Assembly: GCA_049510745.1 (NCBI GenBank)
Contig: JBEKYR010000016.1
Coordinates: 28,743-92,742 of the forward strand
Direction of reading: 5' to 3'
DNA from: Verrucomicrobiota bacterium
GTDB lineage: Bacteria; Verrucomicrobiota; Verrucomicrobiia; Limisphaerales; Palsa-1400
Length of the DNA: 64,000 nt
Each line of letters begins with the position of its first letter. Position 1 is the stretch's first letter. Below the pieces are notes generated by a model. It did no database searches and was not told where the DNA came from. It was given only the letters and a program-made list of their open reading frames with translations. Below are positions 29,954-41,333 of the stretch, piece after piece. Position numbers and translations under genes: made by a program.

Positions 29954-30424
29954 ATGAACCAGACAATGCCCAATTATCGCTTTCTCCTGGTATTCACGAA
30001 TGCCGGCAACCGCCATGCGGACATAGAAAAGGCCCTGGGTTGCAAGCCCACGCGTTGTTATATGAAGGGCGATGCAATTGACCTGGAATATCTCCCAAAT
30101 CAAACGTGTTCGGTGGACTGTTGGCTGCTGGAATCTCCGTTGTCTTCGGATGCTTCCGCTGCTGAACATTTTAACTACATGTCGTCAATTATCGAAAATA
30201 ATCAGCGTTTTATTCGGAGTCTCACTTGTGCTGGAGTGATGGCCGAGGTCCGGTGTATCCTCTATCATTCAGAGGAAAGTTTCGTTGTTCCTGGCAGCGT
30301 CGTGGCAACCCTCTCGAAATGCGGCATGCAGCTTTCAATTCGGAGTCAGCCGGGCACCGCAGCATTGATTCGTGCTGTTTTGAACGAAAATAAACAGAAC
30401 GCTCCGAAGAACGAACACTCCTAG
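29954..30424 (+). CDS. DUF4279-like hypothetical protein
   Basis: IEKALGCKPT...KGD...WLLES pattern; AT-richer than neighbouring genes. Confidence 0.55.
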   Translation: MNQTMPNYRFLLVFTNAGNRHADIEKALGCKPTRCYMKGDAIDLEYLPNQTCSVDCWLLESPLSSDASAAEHFNYMSSIIENNQRFIRSLTCAGVMAEVRCILYHSEESFVVPGSVVATLSKCGMQLSIRSQPGTAALIRAVLNENKQNAPKNEHS

Positions 30425-30617
30425 TTCAGTCCATTGGGTAATTCACTGATTCCGCCATTTACCGACTACGTCAGGACTGCCGACCCCGGCGCTTTTTCAC
30501 CAGCGCGCGCATCTCAGATTTTGGCAGGGATCGGACAGGGTCGCAGGAGGTCCAAAAACCGAGATACGCCCGTCGGCCCGCCCGGATTCCACATTTTTCT
30601 CGACAGAGGGGAAATTT

Positions 30618-30666
30618 GAATTTAGACTCCCCGCATTGCGGCTTTCAATGCGGGGAGTCTCAATTC
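30618..30666. repeat. 21-bp inverted repeat (hairpin)
   Basis: GAATTTAGACTCCCCGCATTG-N7-CAATGCGGGGAGTCTCAATTC, one mismatch. Confidence 0.8.
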
Positions 30667-30887
30667 TGAATTCGCCTAAATCCATGGCGAAGCTCTCACT
30701 CTGTTTACCCAATGGTGCCTGTCGCCGCGCCCTGATTTCCGCCGGTGAAAGGCCGGCGGGAGGGACCAAGCCCGCCTGCGCGCCGCGGCAGCGTCCCCGC
30801 CTGGGGATTGTCCAAAAACTGAGATGCGCCTTTCACCAGCCCTCTTTTGCGTTGAGCCTCACGGGCGGTCGTGGCAGACTGCCGCCT

Positions 30888-31859
30888 GTGAATGTATTCG
30901 TCACCGGGGGCGCGGGGTACATCGGGTCGGTCTGCGTCGAGGAACTGCTCGACGCCGGACATGACGTGACCGTTTATGACAATCTCACCGAGGGCCACCG
31001 GTCGGCGGTGGATAATCGGGCCGTGTTCATCCTGGCGCGCTTGAGCGACGTGAAAACGATCACCGCCGCGGTGCGCGACGCCAAGGCGGAAGCCATCGTC
31101 CATTTCGCGGCCAACGCGCTGGTGGGCGAATCGATGACCAATCCGGCCAAGTATTTCCGCAATAACGTCTGCAACGGCTTGAACCTGCTGGAGGCGGCGG
31201 TGGCCGCCGGTGTCAAGAAGTTTGTTTTCAGTTCGACGTGCGCGACCTACGGGCCGCCCGACCGCGTGCCGATGACGGAGGACCTGCCGCAGCGGCCCAT
31301 CAATCCCTACGGCGAATCCAAGCTGATGTTCGAGAGAATGCTCCACTGGTACCGCCAAATCCACGGGCTGGAATTTGTCGCCTTCCGCTATTTCAACGCC
31401 GCCGGGGCGAGCGAAAAATTCGGGGAGCATCACCGGGTCGAGACGCACCTGATCCCCAACATCCTGCAAGTGCCCCTGGGCCGCGCTCCGCGCGTGGAGA
31501 TTTTTGGGACGGATTACCCGACGCCCGACGGCACCTGCATTCGCGACTACATTCATATCGTCGATCTGGCCCAGGCCCATATCCTGGCGCTGGAACCGGG
31601 GCGGGAGGGTTTTTACAATCTTGGCAACGGCGATGGTTATTCCGTGCGGCAGGTGATCAACGTCTGTGAAAAAATTGTCGGACGGCCCATCCCCACCGTC
31701 GAGAAGCCGCGCCGGCCGGGCGATCCGCCCAAGCTGGTCGCCTCCGCCGAAAAGGCCGCGCGCGAACTGGGGTGGAAACCGGCGTATCCGAAATTGGAGC
31801 AAATCGTTGCCGATGCCTGGCGCTGGCATCAGGCGCACCCGGACGGCTACCCGGATTGA
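30888..31859 (+). CDS. galE: UDP-glucose 4-epimerase
   Basis: VTGGAGYIGS, FSSTCATYG, YGESK, RYFNAAGA, DGTCIRDYIH. GTG start. Confidence 0.95.
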   Translation: MNVFVTGGAGYIGSVCVEELLDAGHDVTVYDNLTEGHRSAVDNRAVFILARLSDVKTITAAVRDAKAEAIVHFAANALVGESMTNPAKYFRNNVCNGLNLLEAAVAAGVKKFVFSSTCATYGPPDRVPMTEDLPQRPINPYGESKLMFERMLHWYRQIHGLEFVAFRYFNAAGASEKFGEHHRVETHLIPNILQVPLGRAPRVEIFGTDYPTPDGTCIRDYIHIVDLAQAHILALEPGREGFYNLGNGDGYSVRQVINVCEKIVGRPIPTVEKPRRPGDPPKLVASAEKAARELGWKPAYPKLEQIVADAWRWHQAHPDGYPD

Positions 31860-34800
31860 GGTTCGGGTTTGCGGAAATCGCCGTAGCGCAAGGCCAGGGT
31901 CGGCAGCACCAGGAGGTTGAGCAGCGTCGAAGTGACAAGGCCGCCCACGATGACAATCGCCATCGGCCCTTCAATCTCGGTCCCCGCTTCGCCCGAGCCA
32001 AGAACCAGCGGCAGCAGGCCCAGGCCCGTCACCAACGCGGTCATCAAAACGGGCGAGAGCCGTTCGGTCGCGCCGCGCAGGGCCGCTTCCGCGCCCCACT
32101 CCATGCCCTCGACGGAAACCAGGTGCTCGAAGTGCGACACCATCATGATGGAGTTGCGCGCCGTAATGCCGAAGAGGGTGACGAAGCCGACCAGCGTTCC
32201 CAGCGACAGGCTCCCCTTGCCCGCGTCGCTGAACCAGCCGGTGAGAAACGCCGCCAGGACGCCCCCGACCAGCGCGAAGGGCACGTTGGCCAGGACCAAC
32301 AGCAGGTTGCGCCAGCGGCGGAAAACGACGCCCAGCAGCAGGACAATGCCGGCGCCCGCGAGCGTCGAGTATAAAATCAATTCCCGCCGCGCCGCCGCCT
32401 GCTGTTCGGCCGCCCCGCTGTACACAATATAAGCGCCGCCCGGCAGTTGCACCCCGGCCGCCACCTTCTGTTTGATGTCGGCCACGACCGAGGCGACGTC
32501 GCGGCCCTGGGTGTTGCAGGTCACCGTCTGGCGGCGGCGGGCGCCTTCGTGGGAAATCAGATAGCGGCCCGTGGCGGGGAAAATGTCGGCCAATTCCGCC
32601 AGCGGCATCCTCAGGCCGTCGCTGTTGCGCACCAGGAAGGAGCCGACGGACTGCGGGGCCTTGCGCAAGGCGGGATCGAGAATCAACTCGACGTCGAAGA
32701 CCCGGTTTCCTTCATAGACCTGGCCAACCAATGCCCCGGCGTAAGCCAACTCAATCGCGTCCAGCACCTCGACCGGACGAAAACCGAATTGTGTCAAGCG
32801 ATCGGCCCGGAGCTTGACCTCCAGGAGCGGCCCTCCGGGCGGCGCCTTTTGTTGGATGTCAAGCGTCCCCGGAACGGACTTCAAAATCTGTTCGATTTGG
32901 CGGGCTTTTTGATCGGCCACATCCAGATCGTCGCAAAAGATGTTGATCACCACCTGGGCCGTCTCGCCGCTGATGGTTTCGCCGAGGCGGTCGCCCACAA
33001 AGGTCGTCACGTCGTACACGATGCCGGGAAATTTTTCCAGCACCTGGCGGATTTGTTTCTCGACCTCTTCCTCCTGCGCGCCGGAAACGGGCTGCAATTC
33101 CACGTGCATCTCGCTTTGATTTGGCCCCCAGGTGTCCTCGCCCATTTCCGCCCGGCCGATCTGGTCCTCGACCGTTTTGAGGTGCGGAATGGCCAGGAGT
33201 TCGCGCGAAATGAGCTGCCCCAAGCGGCGCATTTCCGGCAGCGACGTTCCCGGCACGGTGGTGGCATGGAGCACAAAGTGGCCTTCGCGAAATGCCGGCA
33301 AAAACTCGCCGCCGAAAAACGGCAGCGTCGCCGCCGTCCCCGCCACCAAGAGCACAACGACGACGATCACCGTTCGCGGCCGGCGGCTGATGGCGCCCAG
33401 GGCGCGCCGGTGGCATTGCTTGAGCCAGACCAGGTAACGCGGCTCGGCGTGCGGTTTGACTTTTCCAAAGAACGCCAGGCAGATCGCCGGCGTCACCGTC
33501 ACGGCCACCGCGAGGGAGGCCATTGTCGCCAATAAAAACGCCGCGGCCAGCGGGGCAAAGAAGCGCCCCTGCACGCCGCTCATCGCCAGCACCGGCAGGA
33601 AGACCAGGGCCACGATGAACGTCGCATAGACGACGGCGGTGCGCACTTCGAGGGAGGCGTCGAGAACGACCGCGAAAACCGGGCGCGGGCGGGGCAGAAC
33701 GCGGTTTTCGCGCAGGCGCCGCATGATGTTTTCAACGTCAATAATAGCGTCGTCCACCACCACGCCGATGGCCACCGCGAACCCGGCCAGAGTCAGGGTG
33801 TTGATCGCCACCCCAAAATGGTCCAGAACAATGACGGCCGCCAGGAGCGAGAGCGGAATCGAGGCGAACGAAATGAAAGCCGTGCGCAGATCGAGCAGAA
33901 AGACCAGCAGGACGACGGCGATCAAGAGGCCGCCCAGCAGGAGCGAGGAGCGGACGTTGCGCAGGCCGTTTTCGATGAAGTTGGCGGGACGATGCAGCGA
34001 GGGCACATACTCGATGCCCTCGGCCGCGAAGGCCGGCTTCAATTCCTCCAGGGCGCGTTCCAGGCCGCGGGTCAATTCCATGGTGTTGGCGCCGTATTGT
34101 CCGCTGGCGGTGATCAATATGCCCGGCCGCCCCATGATCAACGCGTCGCCAAACTTCGGCTCCGCGGCATCGACCACCGAAGCGACGTCGCCGAGGCGGA
34201 CGCTCTTGCCCTCGTGGCGGGCGACGACGACCTGGCCGAGCATTTGCGCCGTCAGATTTTGGCCTTCGGTGAGAATGTTGAGCCGTTGTTCCGGCGTTTC
34301 GATGAACCCGGCGCCGCGCACGCCGGTGGCGTTGCGGGCGGCGTCGAGCACGTCTTGCACGGAAAGATCCAACGCCAGCAGGCGATCGGGCCGCAGCCGG
34401 ATTTGAATCTGGCGCACCTCGCCGCCAAAAACCGAGCATTTGGCCACGCCTGGCACCGCCAGCAGCCTTGGGATGACCGTCCAATCAGCAAACGCGCGCA
34501 ATCGCATCGGCGTGAGGTTGGTTGAGATCAGGCCGAATTTGAGGACATCCATCGTTGAGGAAACGAGCGGGAACATGCGCGGCGCTTTGACCCCGGCGGG
34601 CAGTTCGCCGGCGACGGTGGAGAGCTTTTCCGCGAGCATCTGCCGGGCGTGATAAACGTCGGTCCCATCCTTAAAGAGCGCCGTGACGACGGAAAGGCCC
34701 TGGATGCTCTCGGAGCGGATCATCTCCATTTCGCTGGCGCCGCCGATGGCGCTTTCGACCGGGCGCGTGACCAACACCTCGACCTGTTCGGCGGTCAAGC

Positions 34801-34963
34801 CGGGGGATTCGGTTTGCACCTCGACTTGCGCCTGCACGAACTCCGGCAGAACGTCCAGCTTCGCGTGCCAGGCGGTGTAAAGGCCGTAGCCGACGAGCAG
34901 GCAGGCGAGGGCCAGGACGATCCCGCGAAAGCGCAACGAATGTTGAACGAGCCACTGGAGCAT
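31847..34963 (-). CDS. CusA/CzcA family heavy-metal RND efflux permease
   Basis: 1038 aa; GVVVDDAIIDVEN, GITARN, ERLSPVLMTA. Confidence 0.93.
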   Translation of the reverse strand: MLQWLVQHSLRFRGIVLALACLLVGYGLYTAWHAKLDVLPEFVQAQVEVQTESPGLTAEQVEVLVTRPVESAIGGASEMEMIRSESIQGLSVVTALFKDGTDVYHARQMLAEKLSTVAGELPAGVKAPRMFPLVSSTMDVLKFGLISTNLTPMRLRAFADWTVIPRLLAVPGVAKCSVFGGEVRQIQIRLRPDRLLALDLSVQDVLDAARNATGVRGAGFIETPEQRLNILTEGQNLTAQMLGQVVVARHEGKSVRLGDVASVVDAAEPKFGDALIMGRPGILITASGQYGANTMELTRGLERALEELKPAFAAEGIEYVPSLHRPANFIENGLRNVRSSLLLGGLLIAVVLLVFLLDLRTAFISFASIPLSLLAAVIVLDHFGVAINTLTLAGFAVAIGVVVDDAIIDVENIMRRLRENRVLPRPRPVFAVVLDASLEVRTAVVYATFIVALVFLPVLAMSGVQGRFFAPLAAAFLLATMASLAVAVTVTPAICLAFFGKVKPHAEPRYLVWLKQCHRRALGAISRRPRTVIVVVVLLVAGTAATLPFFGGEFLPAFREGHFVLHATTVPGTSLPEMRRLGQLISRELLAIPHLKTVEDQIGRAEMGEDTWGPNQSEMHVELQPVSGAQEEEVEKQIRQVLEKFPGIVYDVTTFVGDRLGETISGETAQVVINIFCDDLDVADQKARQIEQILKSVPGTLDIQQKAPPGGPLLEVKLRADRLTQFGFRPVEVLDAIELAYAGALVGQVYEGNRVFDVELILDPALRKAPQSVGSFLVRNSDGLRMPLAELADIFPATGRYLISHEGARRRQTVTCNTQGRDVASVVADIKQKVAAGVQLPGGAYIVYSGAAEQQAAARRELILYSTLAGAGIVLLLGVVFRRWRNLLLVLANVPFALVGGVLAAFLTGWFSDAGKGSLSLGTLVGFVTLFGITARNSIMMVSHFEHLVSVEGMEWGAEAALRGATERLSPVLMTALVTGLGLLPLVLGSGEAGTEIEGPMAIVIVGGLVTSTLLNLLVLPTLALRYGDFRKPEPQSG

Positions 34964-35953
34964 TTAGTCCGCCTGGATTTGGGCTTTTTGTTCCTCGGAC
35001 AAGAGCAGTTGCGCCGCCTGCACCACCGCCCGATCCCCCGGCGCGCAGCCGTTGGTGGTGAACCATCCCTGCTCCAGCGGCGAGTCCAGCGTCACTTCGC
35101 GCCGGGTGAATTTGTTGTCCGTTCCCGCCAGATAAATCCACGTCTTGCCGTTGAACCGCACGATGGCCGAGTCCGGCAGCGCGACGCCCGATTGCGCCGG
35201 CCCCGGAATTCCCAGGCGCGCGGCCACCGCCGCGCCAGGGGCCAGCGCGGCGTCGGCGTGATCGATGCGCAAGAGGAACCCCTGCCCTTGCGTCTTTGGG
35301 TCCGCTTTCGATGCCGGCGAAACAAAGGCGGCCGGATATTCGTGATCGCGCCCAACGACCGTGACCCGAACGGCGGCCGGCTGGCCGGCGATCGTTTCGC
35401 CGATGGGCAAATCGACTTGAAGAAGGACCGTTTGGCGCGCGGCCAGTTGGTCCACGAGCGTTTGCCGCGCCGCCGCATCCAGAGCGGCGATGGCGCTGCC
35501 CCAATCGAGTTCCAGGTTGCGTTGCGCGGTCTGGAGCTTGATTTGGCCGGCGCGTTCTTCATTCTCCGCCGCGTCCAGCGTTTTGCGCGAGACGTTTTCA
35601 TCCTGCGCGAAAAGGGCCTTGGCGCGCTGTGTCACTTTGTGGGCCGCGTCCAAGGCCGTTTGCGCGGCGGCGATGTCCCCCTGCAAAACGATCAGGGGCG
35701 ACGGGTCGAGCACCGAACCGAAAGCGGTCCAGGCCGGTTGTTGCCGCGCGGCTTCCAGCGTTGCCACTTTCAGCCCGATCCGTTCTTGCGTCTCCGGCGT
35801 CAGACAGACAAGCGTTTCCCCCGCCGCGTTGCGCTCGACGGCGTAGGCGGCCGGCTCCTTCTTCTGTTCCGGCGGCGCCTTGTCATCCTTGTCGGCGCCG
35901 GGTTTGCATCCGGCCAGCGGCAGAAGCAGACAGATAAAAAACCATCGTCTCAT
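34964..35953 (-). CDS. RND periplasmic adaptor (membrane fusion lipoprotein)
   Basis: Lipobox LAGC; coiled hairpin; ALPDSAIV, QLLLSEE; between the TolC and RND genes. Confidence 0.85.
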   Translation of the reverse strand: MRRWFFICLLLPLAGCKPGADKDDKAPPEQKKEPAAYAVERNAAGETLVCLTPETQERIGLKVATLEAARQQPAWTAFGSVLDPSPLIVLQGDIAAAQTALDAAHKVTQRAKALFAQDENVSRKTLDAAENEERAGQIKLQTAQRNLELDWGSAIAALDAAARQTLVDQLAARQTVLLQVDLPIGETIAGQPAAVRVTVVGRDHEYPAAFVSPASKADPKTQGQGFLLRIDHADAALAPGAAVAARLGIPGPAQSGVALPDSAIVRFNGKTWIYLAGTDNKFTRREVTLDSPLEQGWFTTNGCAPGDRAVVQAAQLLLSEEQKAQIQAD

Positions 35954-37410
35954 GGTGTTCCTTTCGGCGGGCCGGGGTTCTCCAGGCGGTTGACGGCGCG
36001 CCAGTCATCCTCATCGAACAAGGGCCGCTGGATGGCGTTCTCCAGCGCTCCGAGCGCGTCCTGCACCTTGCGCAGCGATTCCAATCGCGCCCGCATGGCG
36101 GCGAACCGCTGCAATTGCGTATAGGACAAAGTCAGCCGGTCGGCCTCGCCCAGTTGGACCTGCTGTTCGGTCGCCTTTTCCAATTTCTGTTGCAGGGTTT
36201 GCGCCGCCTGATCGGCCTCGGCCCATTCGGCGAGCGCGAAATGATAATCCGCCGCCGCTTTTTCCGTTTCCTGGATGGCCTGCATTTGCAGGGCCAAAAA
36301 ATCGGCCGCCAGCGCGTCGCGTTTGGCCCTGGCTTCCGCGATGGGGCCTTGGTTGCGATCGAAAATCGGCAGCGTGAAGGACGGTCCAATGGAGAATTTA
36401 TGTTCGCCCTGGTCGAATTCGTAGCCCGGAGTGAGATGGAGGTCTGGATATTGTTTGGCAATCTCCAGCCGCAGGGCCGCGTCCACCGCCGCGTACTCCG
36501 CCAGCGCCCGCTGCACATCCAGGCGGTTGACCAAACCGGCGCTTTGCAGGGATTCAATGGAAACATCTTTTCTGGGCGCGTCAAAATCCGTCCAAGCCAG
36601 GGGAAGGTCCGCCACGGCCGAGGCCGGCAGGCCCAGGGCCGCCGCCACCGCGAGACGCGCTTGGGCGGCGCGGGTTTCCGCGGCGCGCAGGGCGATGGTG
36701 GCGTTGAGCGAGTCCATTTGGGCGGCGGCGGCCTCAAAGCGCGAGGCCTCGCCGGCCGCCAGGCGCTGGGCGAGCATATTGGTCAGTTGTCCCCGCACAC
36801 GGGCCTCGGAGCGAAACAATTCCAGCGCCGGTTGCGCGCCAAAGTATTCCACCAGCGCGCCGCGCAAGCGCGAGCGGACGTTCCAGGCGGTTTGGGCGAA
36901 AGCCAGGCGCGCGGCCCGCGTGGTCTGGCGCGCGGCCTCGAGACGCTTTTGGCGTTTGCCCGCTGTTTCAATGGGCACGTCCAGGCTCGCGCCAAAGAGC
37001 CACGGCGGTTCGCCGGCATAGGAATCGACGACCCACGTCGGCAACAGGCTCACGGAAGGATTGGGCCTGGCGCCCGCCGTCACTTCCGCCGCCTGGGCCG
37101 CGGCGATGCGCCCGCGGGCCGCCTGGAGATCGGGATGAAAATAAAGCGCCGCCAGGGTGAGGGACTTGAGATCAAACTCGCCGGGCGGCCAGGCAACGGG
37201 CGGATTGGTGAAATTCCTTTGCACGAACTCGCGCAGTCCCGGATCGTTGAGGGACCGGGCGCGAAAATCCTTCTCCGACTGGACCGGAGCCAGCGGCTGC
37301 GGTTGATAACTCACACAGCCGGCCAGTCCTCCAAGGAGAAGGAAAAGGAGCCAGCGCTTCAAAAGCACGCCACAATCAAAGAAAAACCGCCCGCCAATGC
37401 AAGACTTCAC
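35950..37410 (-). CDS. TolC family outer membrane efflux protein
   Basis: Lipobox LAGC; ARPNP, IETAGKR, QYPDL, LPIFDRNQGPI. Confidence 0.9.
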   Translation of the reverse strand: MKSCIGGRFFFDCGVLLKRWLLFLLLGGLAGCVSYQPQPLAPVQSEKDFRARSLNDPGLREFVQRNFTNPPVAWPPGEFDLKSLTLAALYFHPDLQAARGRIAAAQAAEVTAGARPNPSVSLLPTWVVDSYAGEPPWLFGASLDVPIETAGKRQKRLEAARQTTRAARLAFAQTAWNVRSRLRGALVEYFGAQPALELFRSEARVRGQLTNMLAQRLAAGEASRFEAAAAQMDSLNATIALRAAETRAAQARLAVAAALGLPASAVADLPLAWTDFDAPRKDVSIESLQSAGLVNRLDVQRALAEYAAVDAALRLEIAKQYPDLHLTPGYEFDQGEHKFSIGPSFTLPIFDRNQGPIAEARAKRDALAADFLALQMQAIQETEKAAADYHFALAEWAEADQAAQTLQQKLEKATEQQVQLGEADRLTLSYTQLQRFAAMRARLESLRKVQDALGALENAIQRPLFDEDDWRAVNRLENPGPPKGTP

Positions 37411-37413
37411 GAA

Positions 37414-38334
37414 TTAATTTCCTGTCATGTTAAAAGCGCCTCCCGTCAGGGGGTCTTGCGGAATCGCCTTGAGATACGCCGGAACCAGGTCCCCCCACCC
37501 TTGCGCCTTGCGTCCCTGTTCCAACTCATAGGCGCGGGCGGCCAGATGAATTTCCGCCGCGAGCAGCCGGTGGTGCTGAGTGTCATATTTGGCCAGCGCC
37601 CGTTCCTGGGGCTGTCGCCACGCGGGGAAGATGCGGCGGCCAACCGCATAGAAAAACCCATAGAAAAAGTGCGTGGGGCCGAAGGAGAGCTTTCTGCTGA
37701 ACATCGCCTCGTGCCGGAGGATTTCGGACTTCGGCTCCAGTTGGGCAAGCAACTTCTCCAATTGCTGTTCCGTCTGGTGCGATTGGGCGGCGTTGAGCTT
37801 TGGCACAATCGCGCCCAGCCCATCCAAGCCGATAGCTTCACAGGCGTCTCCCACCACTGAATCGATGAGGGCGCCGCCATGAGACAACTCAATCCCCACC
37901 GTGATACTCGTCAGATAGCTGGCGGCGGCGTCCATCGGCCTGCCCTCCAAGTCCGCCAGTCTTCCTTCCGCCGCGAAGGCCCAGGTCAAGTTCTTTAGCG
38001 TCCCCAAATCATCCACATGATACCCATACGCTACATCGCCGGACAAAGCGACTGCCGGCATCCGGCATTGGCGTGTCAAACCCAGACGCGCCCGTTCCAG
38101 GGCGGCAGAGTGCGTGGCCACGAATTGACGCAGTGTTTCTGCCGTCGCATGACGGACATCCGGATCCGCGCCCTGGACCATATGTCCAGCAGCCACCAGA
38201 TCAGCGTATCCATTCGGAATCGGGTCCGGCGGGTCCGGGGGGGTTGCGTTCCAAGAGCAGTAGCCCACCAGCACCGCCGCCGCCGCCACGCCAGCGCAGA
38301 GCACAACCATCCAAGTTCGACGACTGACTTTCAC
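37414..38334 (-). CDS. membrane-anchored hypothetical protein, tandem paralog 1
   Basis: N-terminal TM, PNGYADL; C-terminal AYELEQG...DLVPAYLKAIPQDPLTG. GTG start overlaps the upstream TGA. Confidence 0.75.
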   Translation of the reverse strand: MKVSRRTWMVVLCAGVAAAAVLVGYCSWNATPPDPPDPIPNGYADLVAAGHMVQGADPDVRHATAETLRQFVATHSAALERARLGLTRQCRMPAVALSGDVAYGYHVDDLGTLKNLTWAFAAEGRLADLEGRPMDAAASYLTSITVGIELSHGGALIDSVVGDACEAIGLDGLGAIVPKLNAAQSHQTEQQLEKLLAQLEPKSEILRHEAMFSRKLSFGPTHFFYGFFYAVGRRIFPAWRQPQERALAKYDTQHHRLLAAEIHLAARAYELEQGRKAQGWGDLVPAYLKAIPQDPLTGGAFNMTGN

Positions 38335-39257
38335 GGGGATGTGCTCATTTTGAAAGCGCCTCCCGTCAGAGGGTCTTGCGGAATCGCCTTCAGATAACCC
38401 GGCACCAAGTCCCCCCACCCTTGCGCCTTGCGTCCGTTTTCCAGTTCATAGCCGTGGGCGGCCAGTTGAATTTCCAAAGCGATCAGCCGGTGGTGATGAG
38501 TGTCATATTTGGCCAGCGCCCGTTTCTGGCTGCCGCCCCAGGCGGGAATTATCCCGCGGCCCAGTGTGTAAAGGAAGTATTGGGCGCCGCCGACGGAGTT
38601 TCTGCCGAGCATCGCATCGTGCCGGAGGATTTCGGAGGCCGGTTCCCATTCGGCGACCGCCTCCTCCAGTTGCTGTTCCACCCGGCACGATTGGGCGGCA
38701 TTGAGTTTCGGCGCGATCCTGTCCAGGCCAGGGCAGCCGAGGCTTTCGCAAGCGATTGCCACCAGCGCATCAATGAGGGTGCCGCCATGAGAGCACGCAA
38801 TCCCCACTTTGATGACCGCCAGATAGCTGGCAGCGGCCTCCATCGGCCTGCCCTCCAACTCGGCCAATTGCCCTTCCGCGTGGAAGGCCCGGACCACACT
38901 CTTTACCGCCGCCAGACCATTCAGACGGCGCATTTCATTGTTCGTCGTGGGGTCGGCCAAATAGATCGCCGGCAACCGGCATTGGCGCGTCAAACCCAAA
39001 CGGGCCCGTTCCAAGGCGGCGGAATTCGTGGCCACAAATTGGCGCAATGTCTCTGCCGTCGCCGTGCGAACATCCAAGTCCGCGCCATGTATCATTTTCC
39101 CCGCGGCGGCCAGGTCATTGTATCCATTTGGAATCGGGTCCAGTTCTCGCGGTTCGTTTGAATTCCAGGAAAAGAAGCCCACCAGCGCGATCGCCGCCGC
39201 CGCCACGACAGCGAAGAGCACAACCGGCCACGTTTGACGACTTGAATTCAGGGCCAT
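38331..39257 (-). CDS. membrane-anchored hypothetical protein, tandem paralog 2
   Basis: Aligns along its length with 37414-38334 (PNGYNDL, AALERARLGLTRQCR, DLVPGYLKAIPQDPLTG). Confidence 0.75.
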   Translation of the reverse strand: MALNSSRQTWPVVLFAVVAAAAIALVGFFSWNSNEPRELDPIPNGYNDLAAAGKMIHGADLDVRTATAETLRQFVATNSAALERARLGLTRQCRLPAIYLADPTTNNEMRRLNGLAAVKSVVRAFHAEGQLAELEGRPMEAAASYLAVIKVGIACSHGGTLIDALVAIACESLGCPGLDRIAPKLNAAQSCRVEQQLEEAVAEWEPASEILRHDAMLGRNSVGGAQYFLYTLGRGIIPAWGGSQKRALAKYDTHHHRLIALEIQLAAHGYELENGRKAQGWGDLVPGYLKAIPQDPLTGGAFKMSTSP

Positions 39258-39267
39258 GCATTCGTAA

Positions 39268-40638
<1,371 letters not shown>

Positions 40639-40659
40639 AGCGCCGAGTTCAAACTGGAA

Positions 40660-41301
40660 GTGCGCGTGAGGGAAACGATTGCCCATTTGATTCAATGGTA
40701 CCAGGGCGCGCTCGATTCCGGCGGCTATCCGCTGGTCGCGCTGCTGATGACGCTGGAGAGCAGCGTTCTGCCGGTGCCGAGCGAGGCGATCATCCCGCTG
40801 GCCGCCCAACGGGCGCATGCCGGCGGCCATTTGAGCCTGACGGGCGTGGTGCTGGCGGGGACACTGGGGTCGTGGGTGGGCGCGACGATCGTTTATTGGG
40901 CGGCGCGCCTGATGGGCCGTCCGCTGCTCCTGCGCTACGGGCGCTACGCGCGGGTGACGGAGGAAAAACTGCAGGCGGCGGAGCGGTGGTCGCGTCGGTT
41001 CGGCTCCTTTGGGGTGCTGGCGGGCCGGTTGCTGCCGGGGGTGCGGCAGACCATCGGCCTGCCGATGGGCATTGTCAAGATGGATTACTGGCTCTACGCG
41101 CTCTTCACCGTCATCGGCTCGGGCCTCTGGTGCGTTGTGCTGGCCTGGGTGGGCGTGGCCGCCGGCAACGACCCCAAGCTGATGGCGGGAGACGTGCGCC
41201 ATCTGACCCTCTGGCTGCTCGGCGCCTTGGCCGTCCTGGGGCTGCTCTATTATTTCCTGGTCCACCGCTACATCAAGCCCGACCCGGCGAAAGAAGTTTG
41301 A
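40660..41301 (+). CDS. DedA family membrane protein
   Basis: LESSVLPVPSE, GRLLPGVRQ, PMGI. Confidence 0.9.
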   Translation: MRVRETIAHLIQWYQGALDSGGYPLVALLMTLESSVLPVPSEAIIPLAAQRAHAGGHLSLTGVVLAGTLGSWVGATIVYWAARLMGRPLLLRYGRYARVTEEKLQAAERWSRRFGSFGVLAGRLLPGVRQTIGLPMGIVKMDYWLYALFTVIGSGLWCVVLAWVGVAAGNDPKLMAGDVRHLTLWLLGALAVLGLLYYFLVHRYIKPDPAKEV

Positions 41302-41333
41302 ACTTCAATCCATAAACTTTAAACTGGCGCGGC

